A DNA stretch of 63,317 bases, counting the filler, from Pigoraptor vietnamica (lineage: Eukaryota): the NCBI GenBank assembly GCA_943704525.1. It is 9 parts of 9 records of this genome, joined end to end, with 100 filler letters (N's around TTAATTAATTAA, not from the genome) between each part and the next. Parts side by side here need not be neighbours in the genome. Positions count along the whole stretch, not along the records: positions 1 to 27,732 come from CALSCQ010003151.1; 8 more parts are not named here. One strand, given 5' to 3'. The notes beneath the pieces were generated by a model. The model was not told the DNA's origin and ran no database searches. It saw nothing but the letters and a program-made list of their open reading frames with translations. This document shows positions 1 to 11,600 of this stretch, in pieces (position 1 is the stretch's first letter; every line of letters begins with the position of its first letter). Made by a program: the position numbers and the translations under genes.

Positions 1-393
1 GGGGGAGGGAGGTGTTGGTCCAACGTGCAGTGCAAGCCAGTTACTGACAGTCGAGTTATGCTCGGGTGTTGTCCCCTCTCTCCGCCTCTCTTCGCTTGTC
101 GCTTGTAGGGAAGCAGCAGCATGGGGCGCACGACAACCTCAGAGTGTCGGCATTGGTTATTGTTGTCCAACAACATGCACTGACGTTGATTGGTTTCTAT
201 TTTTATCCTTTGTCCAACCGAGAAGAATTAACAGACGCACCGCACGCCGCACACGCCGCACACGCACGCACGCACGCACGAAACGCACCACCCTGCCGCC
301 CTTTTGCCAGCCCGCGCACTTCAGCAACGGGCTTCGTCAAAGCGCGACACGCGCATCTCTCTCGCTCCACCAATTGTCAGCAAGCGCAATCTC

Positions 394-1853
394 CTAGTCT
401 TTCGTCGTCCCCGGTTGTTGCTGTCGTGCGAGCGCTGCCTCCCGCAGAATGCCCTCAATGTCCTTCCTGTGCACGGGCTTGCTCATCACGCGCTGCATCC
501 CTATTCGCTGGTAGTGGGACACCTCGTCCGCGGTCACGTCGCCCGTTACGCCGATAATGGGCGTGTTACGGTTGGGTCCGTCCGACGCGCGTATCCCTAT
601 CGTTGCGTCGATGCCGTCCACAAAAGGCATGCGAATGTCCATCCATATAAAGTCAAACTGCCTCTGGTTCGCGAGCTCGATGGCCTGGCGCCCGTTTTCG
701 GCCTCCACAATGACCATCTTACTCGAGAGGCTCTCGATGTAGCGACGCAGAACGACGCGGTTGATACGCCCGTCGTCACACACCATGTGGCGCGAGGGGT
801 AGTCCTGCAGAGCAAGGAAGGGGATACGTTATTCCCGGTGTTCGTTACTCAATGCTCTCCGTAATGCACGAGATGACACGCAGTGTTGCTCAAGCATGCG
901 CACGAGTTCTCGTGGAACAGGCACACACACGTGCACGCGCAGCGGAAAAACGATGGCTATCGCCGTCTCAACCATCGCTACTAACATCACACCGCACTTG
1001 ATTCAGTTACATCACTCACAATGGGTTCCTTCTCGGCGTCGTCCGCAGCCTGCGTCTTCTTCGCAGAAGCCGCCGGTTTCGACGTCGAGGGGGCGGCCTG
1101 CGCTTCAGCTGTCGGTTTTGCGCTCGTCTCTGCACGTGAGGGAGGCTCCTGCGAAATGCACACGCACAGCAGAGTGAGGAAGAGACACAACACGAGCCAC
1201 ATGGACACTGGCCGCCTCAGTCCGCTTGCAACGGCTAAGAAATCAACTGAGAAGGGGACTTTTCCGGGCAGAGACAAGCACCTTAAACAGAGACATAGAC
1301 AACAAGAGCCACACTCACCGTCGTGTGAATTTCAACGAGCTCGATGGCCTCGGGGCCCATCTCAGACACGACACTCTCGCGTCGCTGCAAGTAAACATCC
1401 AGGGTGAGAAGGATTTCGGTGATAAACACACGGATTCCCCACACGCAGAGGACGACGACATGACGCATACGAACGCTGGGTTTCAAGGGGCGCACCTCCA
1501 CGACAACCTCGTTCAGCCCGCTCTCTTCCGGCGCTTCCTCTTCTTCCTCGTTCATCTCGAGCGTCGTCGGCAGCTGCGGCAAGTCCGTGTCCGTCGACGT
1601 GCTTCTACGTAGGCGCGGACTACCGAGCGGATTGTCGCTCACGCTGACGTCGTCCATCGTTTTAGCCACGTACGGCACTTCAAACCAGAACGTGCTCCCC
1701 GTTTCACCGTCGCTCTCGAACCCTATTCGCCCGTGCATGGCGTCCACCAGCATCGAGCAGAGATAGAGGCCGAGCCCTGCGCCTTGGTGTCGTCCCGAGT
1801 TGAGGTGCATGAAGGGGCTGAAAACGAGCGCCTGCTTCTCGAGTGGAATGCCT

Positions 1854-1891
<38 letters not shown>

Positions 1892-3987
1892 GTTACGTCG
1901 GGAAGAACGCGTCAGCACATGTGACCTAAAAACAAACATCACGACGCGTGAGCACATCGCAAATACCCACCGTACCCGGCGTCCTTCACCGTGAACCGCA
2001 GCCACGTGCCGCTCAGAGCCTCCGCGCGCGTGGGTACGGACGACCCCGGCGCAATGTTCGGCCCCGTCGACGCACCCGTCGCGAGCATGGGCTTCACCTG
2101 GATAACACCCGCGTCCGAGTACTTGATTGCGTTCGTGATGAGGTTGAGGAGCACCTGCTTAATGCGCACAGGGTCGCACTCGGCGACGATGGGCAGCGGC
2201 GGCGTTACAATGTCGAGCTTCAGCTGCTGCTTTTCGCTCAGCTTCGGCTGGACAATCGCGAGGACGTCCGACATGAGCTTGTCGATGATGACGTTCTCGG
2301 GGCGAATGATGAGACGGCCCTCTTCGAGCGCGCGAATGTCCTGCGTCGGCCGCACGCGGTTGAGTCGTGGTGTGTGGGTTGTGTGTTTTGTGTGTGTGTG
2401 TGTCCTGTCTGTGTGTGTGTGTGTGTCGTGTCTGTGTGTGTGTGTGTGTGTATAAGAGTGGCGAGGGGGACGCAGGAGACCCTCTAGGTAGACATAACGG
2501 GCATGACGAGGTCAATTCCTCACCAGCACGTCGTTGACAATGTGCTCAAGAAGGCCGCACATTTGCGTCGTGTCGAGAAGGTCCGAAAGCACCACGCGCA
2601 TGTCGTCCTTGCTCGGGCTTGGCGACCGCAGCGCGCCCTTCGTTTTGAGCGTCGCGTGCTCCACGAGGCCGATAACGCCCTGGAGGGGGTTTCTGCAAGA
2701 GAAGAAACGAACTTGAGCCTCTTCGTGTGGATGCACGCTCACACGCATGCATGCACAGCACAACATACACCCGCGCACACGCGCGCACAAAGGAAACAAG
2801 AGCACCCTGCCCGACACTAACCGAATTTCGTGGTTGACGTACGAGATCATCGTGTTCAGCTTCCGCCGGCGCGTTTCCACCAGCTCCGTCTGCTTCCGCG
2901 CGACGACAATTTGGTGGATTCCAAACAGCGCGACCAAAAGGAGGAAGAAGATCCCGAGCGCCGTCACCGCCGCGTAGATGGCAGGGTTGTTCGACGTATT
3001 GAGATCGTTGAGGCGCGAAGTCGGGATCGCCACAAACGTCCACTGGCGGTCGGCAACGGGCACCGTCGCCATGTACCGCTGTCCAAAGGCGGCCGGCACC
3101 GATTCCGAAGAGTTGAAGCGCCCGAACGACGCGGCCCCGTAGAGCATCCGCCCTGTTTCGTCAAAGACAAACACGTACAGCTTGTCATCGTTGCTCCGCA
3201 GCGCGCTCTCGATAATGAGCGTGAGCTTTGCCGAAGCCACGAGAAGACCTAACGCCTGCGATCGACGTTCCGGCACGGTCGACGGCACGGTGCCCCCCCG
3301 GTACACGGGATAGTAGATAAGGATCCCCTGCTGACGCGGGTCTGACGGCATGTTGACGTTACTGAGGACCTTGGGACCACCGATATCAATCGCAAGCGTA
3401 ACGTTCCCGAAGAGCGCCGGAAGCGACGCAATATCGAAGCCGATGGACCCTCGGCTTATGCTCGGCCAGCCGTACAGAATGGGAAAGTAATCGCTGCGGC
3501 CGTGCGCAGGGACGATGGTGACATTTGGCGACGTCGCGCCGAGCTGGGTCACCGTGAAACTCTTGAAGAGTCCGAGCGTGTCGTTCGGCGCATTGACGCG
3601 GCGAATGTGCTGCTCAAACTCGGTCTTGTCCGCGTCGGTCACGTACGGCAGCCAAGCCATCGACACGATCGCATCCACCTTCGCGACCAGGTTCACCGAC
3701 GTCATAAAGTCCGACGACGTCATGTTGTGGCCGAGAAGAACGTTGCCGATGCGGAGATTTTGCACGGCGCGGTCCGTCCTCGAGAGCTGGTCCTGCACGC
3801 TCGAGTACGTGCGCAGGCTCTCCTCGCGAAAGGCCGTCTCGAGATCGTTCTGCTCTCCATGGTCGGCGGCGCGATAGACTATGATGGGGAGGATCACATT
3901 CACCGTCGCAATCCCAACGACGACGAGCACGCTCCACCACGTAATGTAAGGGCGAATATGGGCCCACAGGGACCCCTTCGGGCCCAT
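394..3987 (-). CDS. Membrane-bound hybrid histidine kinase, TM-CHASE-TM-HisKA-HATPase_c-REC (complete, about 7 exons)
   Basis: Exon 1 (3987-2822) has a TM helix, a CHASE domain (AWLPYV...FE, R.DYFPILY..P, GFDIAS, IYYPVY...RR..ALG, VADRQW) and a second TM. Splicing restores the H-box VNHEIR|NPLQG (exon 2692-2524), N-box IKQVLLNLITNAIKYS (exon from 2340), G1 DAGYG|IP, F-box VFSPF and G2 GAGLGLYLC...GSTFWF (exon from 1851). The final exon 804-394 is a receiver (CDDG..., WMDIRMPFVDG, GVTG, SKP). All junctions are GT-AG and in frame. Confidence 0.93.
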
Positions 3988-5706
3988 TTTCTTAGTGTCG
4001 GCGATATGGGACGCCGCGACCCTTTGATTGCGAATCCGGCGTGCGCGATCTCAGTTTGACATCGGTCCTCAGTCGCCCTCGGAGGCACGTCCTCACGGAC
4101 AGCAGCATACAGCGGCACTGACGCTGTTAGGCGCGCTCGTCGCTCTGCTTGTCGCAGTGTGGCGATTTTTTCAGTCGGTCGCAGTGTGTGCGCGGCCACG
4201 CCACGCGTCGACGAGGGGAGGGCGCAAAATTTTCCCATTTTTTTCAAATGGGTGTGGGGAATCGAACCGCATCCAGGGCGCGGAGTTTGCCAAAGTGTGA
4301 TTTTCTCCGATGGTTTCCGTCCAGTTGCCATTCACCAAAACCGCACGCAGGGTGTCGCCCACTGTCCGGACGCCGACGGGGCTAAACCGGAGATTCCCCA
4401 CAATAGCGATCACCCAATTGCGGAAAAAGTGCCCAATGCCGTGAAGTGGGTGTCCGCCACCAATGTTCGTTTCGTGTGGCTCCGCAGTCGTCACAATAGT
4501 AGGGTCCTCCGCGTCTTCTGCGCATCGCGTAGGCAGTGTCTATATTGTCAGGCTGGGGGTTCCCTGCTGGTGTAGGTCGCGCGCTGCCGGTCTCCGACCC
4601 TTTCGCTCCTCGGCACTTCGACGTGCAATCAGCAATCCGGCGACCAAAACCGGACGACCGCCTTTTCGTCTGATTCGAACGTGCCTCCGTATTCCCACCG
4701 CCGTCACTTCAAGAGGAAAACGACGCGGACGCGAGACTGCGTCGCCGGCAGCGGAGAACAGTGGCGCGGGGAGTGGGGACTGGGACGGACGGCGTGTTTG
4801 CGGTGCGACAAGCGGGCCGAATTCCGACCGGCATTCGTCGGCGCGGAGACTAGTTTGCCGGCGACGAGCACGCATACGGCGAGCCCGCGGGCACACATGA
4901 TTTGACCCCTCAGCGCGAGTTTCGCAGCGCTTGCAGCGAGCACGACTTCGACCCGACCGCCCAGCGTAATAGGCTGCGGGGTGCCATGCAGCGGTGGTTC
5001 GCTGCGACCATGTCGGTTGGGTTTGGCCGCCGCTGCGCAGGGACGTGCGTGTGGTGCCGGCAACTGAATGCGCTGAGCCCCATGCCGTGGGAAAGATGAC
5101 CAGAAGGTCGGGAAAGATTCTTGGGACGCTTCGAACGAGGGGAATATACTGCTGAAGGCACGGAAAAGAGAATTCCACGCAGCGGTGTGTGAATGTTGGC
5201 ATATTTTAGTCACGACACACCAGCTGTGTCGGATGGCGTTCACCACGCGTACGTTTCAGTTCGGTTATCTGTGAGTCGCTGACAATCTGCAATCGTCCAT
5301 AGCGGTTGTGTAGTGTGGGCGGGTGCGTGCCGCCCTGTTTCAGTTTCTGCAACACTTACTCACACCAATTATTAGCCGAAGAAGAAGGGCAACGACGAGA
5401 AACTTTGTGTGCGTGTCGGGAGGAGGGAATGGGATTGCGGCCGGGTGTCAGTCTTCAGTGTCAATGTTTGCCGTTTCTCCCGTCGGTAGTGTGTGTCTGT
5501 GTGTGTGTGCGTGCGTGCGCGTGTGTGTATGTGTGTGTGTGTGTGTGTGCGTGTGCGTGTGTGTGTGCGCGTGTGTGTGCGTGTGTGTGTGCGTGTGTGT
5601 ACCTATCTGTCCAACTGCAGCTTACATGTAATGCAGATATGCTCAGTCGAGTGTGTCGTTTAATGCTCCGATCTGGCACTAACGGCGGCAGCACGGCCGG
5701 TCCGTC

Positions 5707-6612
5707 TCACTCTGGCGTGTGCTCCGACAACAGGGGCTCTTCAACGGACGAAGTCACCGCACGCGAAACTGCAGCCCCCTGGCGACGCGTGAAGAAGACG
5801 ACGGCGATCGCAGCGACGAGAAGGGCTCCGCCCACCGACACGCCAATGATAATTGAGAGCCGTCCGTCGTGATCGCCAGAGCCATTACTGACGTACGTGA
5901 CGACGGGCGTGTCGCCGGGCTTTGAGGGGTCCACGACGGCCTTGGAGGCGCAGTTGCACTCGGCGCTCGCCGCCAGTCGCAGCGACGGGGAACAATACTT
6001 GTTGTCCACCACCACGTCACCGCCGACGTCGTAACACGACACGTGCCGCGTGGACGCACACACGCCGTCGCCCATTGCCACGCACGGGCCCCACACTCCT
6101 GCCCGCCATTCCGTGCACGTAGTTTCGTGCGAGTACGTAGTATCGACAGTGAGTTTTGGACCCGCAACATGCACTTGGCTTGTGTAGGCCCCAACCTCGA
6201 GAGTAATGGGCTGCCCCGGGGTCCCCACGAGAGGGGGCGTGATGTAGCACTGGGCCGTAGGATGCGACGTGTAGACAATGCCGCCCGTCACGCGGACGAC
6301 CGACATCACCCCGTTAAAATCTGCCGGCGTCGGCGCGTTTCTGTAGAGGAGCGCCGCTAAGACCGGCGTCTGGTTCGCCGCACACGTCGCCGTCAGAACC
6401 GTCTTGTAAACGGGACTATTATAGGGGAGCCCGTCGTGGAATGCCACCATGTACAGCGGGGACTTCGGACTCACTGCGCCGGGGTCCGTGCAGACAGGGA
6501 GGGGCCAGTCGTCCCCGGGAAATGCAGACGCCGTGTGGAACAGCGCCGCAGTGGCAATGGACAGCACGCAATGGGAGAACGACCGCGCGCGCAACGAAGG
6601 GGATGTCGCCAT
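5707..6612 (-). CDS. Type I single-pass membrane protein with a thrombospondin type-1 (ADAMTS-like) repeat, 301 aa, intronless
   Basis: ATG at 6612 is followed by a signal-peptide-like segment (HCVLSIATAALFHTASA). TSP1-like motif CTEWRAGVWGPC...STRHVSC...YC...ECNC, TM IIIGVSVGGALLVAAIAVVFF followed by RR, short tail ending EEPLLSEHTPE. Confidence 0.72.
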   Translation of the reverse strand: MATSPSLRARSFSHCVLSIATAALFHTASAFPGDDWPLPVCTDPGAVSPKSPLYMVAFHDGLPYNSPVYKTVLTATCAANQTPVLAALLYRNAPTPADFNGVMSVVRVTGGIVYTSHPTAQCYITPPLVGTPGQPITLEVGAYTSQVHVAGPKLTVDTTYSHETTCTEWRAGVWGPCVAMGDGVCASTRHVSCYDVGGDVVVDNKYCSPSLRLAASAECNCASKAVVDPSKPGDTPVVTYVSNGSGDHDGRLSIIIGVSVGGALLVAAIAVVFFTRRQGAAVSRAVTSSVEEPLLSEHTPE

Positions 6613-8296
6613 CTTTGTCTTGGGACTGAAGCGGCCCCAGTACGATGTCGACCAAGCAGCGCTGTCGGTTTGCAGTTTGGGTTTAAGGATACAAAACAGC
6701 ACTCGCCGTGGTAGGTACACAACAAATCGGTGACGCATACGTGACGTCACTGTTACACGTTGACTGGGGCCGGAACAGTTTTCGTGGCCGGACACGCACG
6801 CGACACGGGCGTCCGTTGGAGAGAGGGGCGCTTGTCTGAGAACCGCCAGTCACGTGGCGTCCGATCCGTATTGAGTGCACACCTGCGCACGCACGGGGTC
6901 TGCCGGCTCGCCGGGAGCGCTGCGGATGAAGACGGCCAACGGACCGCCGCCAGTGCAGACGCTGGGACTGGCTCGGCAACCGCCGTCCCACCCGGGCCGA
7001 CGCGGACTCCGTAGCGGTGCGCAACCACTCCGTCGTCGGTTCTCAAAGGTAGTGTTGGTGTCAGTGGGCCTTGCGCTAGTTGTGGCGAACACTGTCGCAG
7101 TGTCTGCAGTTGCTGTGCCCAACTTTTCAGTTCGGTGTCACTTCTCCAACACGTCTGGGCCGAAACGGCGACGCAGTGTTGCTCTCTCTGAGTATTCGTC
7201 AAGTTGTGCAATTTGCCGTGGATGCGTCACTTGCGAGCGTCGCACTCGACGTCCACCATGCGACATCCTGCCCGGTTTCCCTCCCGACATGAGGAAGAAA
7301 GCACGGCCAACGCCGCAGATGACACATTCGTGCTGTGTCGGCCAGTGTACAGCCATGGCGATCTTAACGACAGAGAACTGTGTGGAGATCGTGCACGAAG
7401 TGAGTGCCGGGCTGAGGAAAGATGGCAAGTCGGACCGGACGAGCGCCCATTTGGCCGCCGTCGGCTTTGTGCGTTACTGTGACGCGGCAGCCCATCAATG
7501 TTACTGTGATGCCACACCCGATCGAGCTCCCTTTGTTCCCCTTGGGCCTCGCAGACCACAGCCGCGCAAGAAACGTCGCTGTAAGTGAGTGGGGGTGGCG
7601 CATTATACGCCATCGACAACAAAAAATGAACACGTGAAACTGACTTTTCTTGCCGTTTGGTCAGTTTGACTTGCACCGCCCATTGCGACACGTCTGCTTT
7701 TAAGAAATGCGCTGCAATGCAGAATAGGCATGTTTGTGCGTTTACACCGGCGCGGGTTCTATCGGTCGCCGGCCGCGGGCCTCACTGTCGACCTGCCGCG
7801 GGCTGACAATTCGTGGTCCGGCTGAGTGAGTGTGGGGCCGTGACTGTCGCCAAATGCCGGCTCACTTTGCACTGACATACAGCCCCATCTGCCACGCGAC
7901 AAGCCGGCGCCACATGGCTCGCTAAACCACGAGGGAGGGATGTGGCTGAGTGGCCGGCTGACTCTTCCAGTGGACGTCGTCCCTAACAACGGCCCTTGGT
8001 TACCGGCTCCACTATGGCTTATCTATTAGATGATACTCAGAAATTTATTATAAAACTTTACTACTTATCAGTTCAATATTACATCATTGAATGATGGTAT
8101 TAAGTCGTATTGGTGCGTTTCCATGGACCTGCACCAATTCAATATATAATTCTTCTGTATTACAAAAACTACTTCTTCAGAACACTGATATTCTCACTTT
8201 TTTTAGAAATATAGCGCATTCCACACACCCGTTTTTCAAAGTGTTCCTCCAACACTCAACGACCGCCAAACCGCGCATCTCCGCACACACTGCGCA

Positions 8297-8328
<32 letters not shown>

Positions 8329-8410
8329 GCACACACACCGCATGCACGCACACGTGCTCGCTCTGCAGCCTCCTCCACACAACGATAATTCTTCTGTCGA
8401 CTGAGAATCA

Positions 8411-8490
8411 GCGGCCCAAGGCAACCGGTCATTGCTCACCGCGCAGTCCGAGCTGATCGTATTAGCAGCCCCCTGCGGCATCGTTGCCAT
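8411..8490. promoter_or_regulatory. Candidate RFX/X-box-like motifs upstream of the axonemal dynein
   Basis: GCGGCCCAAGGCAAC (8411-8425, one mismatch to GTNRCC-N0-3-RGYAAC) and GTTGCCAT (8483-8490) lie within about 220 bp of the dynein ATG. These are short motifs and could be chance. Confidence 0.35.
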
Positions 8491-8631
8491 TCGGTCTCAA
8501 TCGCGCCGTCTCTCTATTTCGTGTGGGAGGACGGGCGTTGTAGTAGGAGGCATGGAAGTGAGGATATAAGCGCCCCTGTGTCTCGATTTGCGCCGCGTTC
8601 GTCGCGTGGACGGGGGGACGCATAGTGGAAA

Positions 8632-11600
8632 ATGGCGTACCGCTACGACGAGTCCGAGGATGTGATTGAGCGCCCTCCGATTGACGTGCATGAGATTGCG
8701 GCGGTGCGCGCACGCAGTGCTCGAACCCGCAGCGCGCGGATGAATGGGGGCGAGCGCAGCGCACTCGGCCGCCGCAGCGAGAGCGCGTTCGACGGTTCCA
8801 TCACGGACGTGAGCCAGCTCACGACGCGCCTCTACGCAAATGCCGAGCAGCAATCGAGCCTTATTCTGCGCACCATGTGCACGCGCGTCGATGACAACGA
8901 ACCGCCGCTCATTTCGACGGCAGCGACGCCCGCCATGGCGCTCTACACGGGCGACCTCCACACGCTTGGGTCCCCGTCGACGTCGTCAGTGGTGCCGCAT
9001 CCGCCCGACTACCCGCAGGACACGAGCAAGAGCTTCTATCGCACGACAATCTTTCGGAACGATCGCGCGACGCGAAAGGAGCGCGCCAAATCGGCGCCGG
9101 CGCAACCGCAGCACCCGCTGTTTGTGTTTGCTCACCCGCCCGCTGCGAACGGCACCGCAGCGGCCACACAGTCGACGTCGTCACGACCAAAGCGCACGCC
9201 GCACGAGGGGTATCCTGCCGCTGACGCCGAGCCTTCGTCTCCGCCGCAGACGCGCGCCGCCCCGCGTAATGCGTGGGGATCCGGAAGCACGGCGGTGCCG
9301 GTACCGCCGTCCACGCAGGCGCCGCAGCACTCGTGGGCGGACCCGCGCGCCACGAAGGCGCTGTCTAGCCCAGAAGCCGAGGAGCCCGAGTCTCCCCGTG
9401 CGCGGGCCAAGACGACCGATCGGCAGCGATCGCCCGACCACGTGGAGTTTGCGCCTGTGCCGCCGTCACCGTCCAAGGACCTGTCGCGGTCCGTGCAGCG
9501 CGGCGTGCCCCGCCCTGCGACAGCGGCCACAATGATGGGGTTGGACGAGTCGAAGCGCGCCGCAACGTCCGCGAGCATGCGCCCTCCGACGTCGATGTCC
9601 GTCGCGACGACTGCGCGCACGGCCACGGCCATGTCGCGGCGAGGGAAGAGCGCCGTCGAGCGCACGCCGTCGATGGAGCCGAGCGACATTTTGGCGGTGG
9701 TGGAGCAGCTGCGGGAGAGCGGGGCGAACACGCACGAGTTTGTGTACCTCACGCGGATACAGAACCCCCGGAACCCCGCCGACTACAACCCGTACAAGCT
9801 ACGCGTGGTGCCGCACAACGAGGTCGATCGCAACGACTTTTACACGCTGAGCATCTCGGGCGTGACGCACGTGCTGAACGGGAACGCCGAGTTCACGTCG
9901 CTGCCGCAGTGGCTCAAGGAGAGGGAGAGCTTTAACTGCCTCAAGCAGATCCCGCTCATCGCCAAGTACCGGCTGTGGAAGGCGTACAAGACGTGGAGGA
10001 CGAACGTGCGCGGCGCGAAGATCCGCCACTGTAAAGAGCTGCTCGACAAGCGGCTCTTCATTCTCAACCCGACGCTCCGCGAGGCCCTCCTCGGCATCCG
10101 CAACATGTGCCAGGAACTCAGCGTCCTGCGCCTGCACCACGTCGACACGAAGACGACGTACCCCCTCAGCCAGTTCTGCCAGACGCAGCAGGAGCAAATG
10201 GAGTACGTGCGCGCGAACCTGGCGCAGTTCGAGGAGACGGTTTCGGACGTCGTGTGCGAGGCGTGCGAGATCTCGCTCGAGAACGCCGGCTTCATCGACG
10301 ATCCGAACGCCCGCGACGAGAACGGGGAGCCCATCCGCCCGACGTACACGGAGCTCGCGCGGAAGCGGTCCGAGTGCCGCAAGCTCACGTCCTTCATCAA
10401 GCTCGCCGACTACCTCATCATCGACACGTTGCACGACCTCACGTTCACGAGCGTCTCGGACCTCCTCGGGCACATGCGCCCGCTTGAGGACCGCCGCGTG
10501 AGCGTCATGCCGCCAGCGGTTGGCATCGACGGGGAGGACATTAGCACGTTCCGCGACCCCGTGCTGTACGGTGACGCGCCCGTCGACCCGAACCGGCGCG
10601 CGTCGGTGGTCGGGAAGATAGCGAAGGAGGCGGCGGACGCGCGGCGGCAGCCCCTCCTGCGCCTCGAGCTGATCATGGAGGCCGACATGCTGACGTTCAC
10701 GCCGAGCATCGACGAAGTGCAGGCGAAGACGACGAGCATCGTGGACGGCTTTCTCGACGTCGTGCAGAGCGTCGGGCGGCTCGTCGCGAGCGAGCGCTTC
10801 AGCCCGTACACGTCGCCCGGCGGCATCAACGACGCGATCGAGGCGGGTGAGATGGACGAAGGGCCTGACCTGACGGAAATCTTTGAGGACGACGAGGCCT
10901 ACCAGGGACTCATCGCGCAGATTCGCACGGCGATTGCGAGCGCCTTCCGTGTCGCAGAGAACTTCTCCGAGGTGTTCCTCCCCCTTCGCGACATGGTCGT
11001 CGAGAACCGCAAGATGCGCATCGAGCAAGTGCGCGCGTCGAACCCCGAGGTGGCCTTCTTCAGCAACGCCATGGCCAAGTACCACGCGCAGATCAAGGAC
11101 ATTGAGTCGATGCCGGTCAACTCGGAGGTCGCCATCATCCTCGTCGACACGCGCGTGCTGAAGGCGTCCTTCTTGCCGTCGCCGAAGCGGTGCCTGCAGG
11201 ACCTCGAGCGCCTTCTCCCGGAGCTCGCGCACGCGCGCAACGAGACGCTCCTCTCTGTCATCAAGGACGCGGTCGGACGGCTTGAGACGGTGCCGCGCAG
11301 CGTGGAGGAGTTTGTCGAGTACCTCAACCACCTCCAGCAGGTCAACGACAGCATGGTCTCGATCCAGGACACGTACTCGTATGTCGCGAAGATGCACGAG
11401 CTGATGGAGGCGTACAACGTCAGCCCGCCGCCCGAGGAGTATGCGCTGTACCAGGTGCGCGGCTGCGGGACGTGCGTGCGTGTGTCTCTGCATCTGTGTT
11501 TGCTCGTGCGTCTGCGTCTGTGTGTGCGTGTGCGTGCGTGTGTGCGTATGCGTGTCGTGCGAGTGCAAAGCGTGCATTCTTTCTGACACACTTCCCTCTC

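Noticed and set aside
4380..4530. GATA-like finger on the minus strand (CDDCGATRNEHWWR)
   Set aside because: The second CxxC pair is absent, the ORF is under 60 aa and there is no clear splice context; probably chance.
6800..8000. ORFs between the TSP1 gene and the dynein
   Set aside because: No codon bias or motifs; treated as intergenic.
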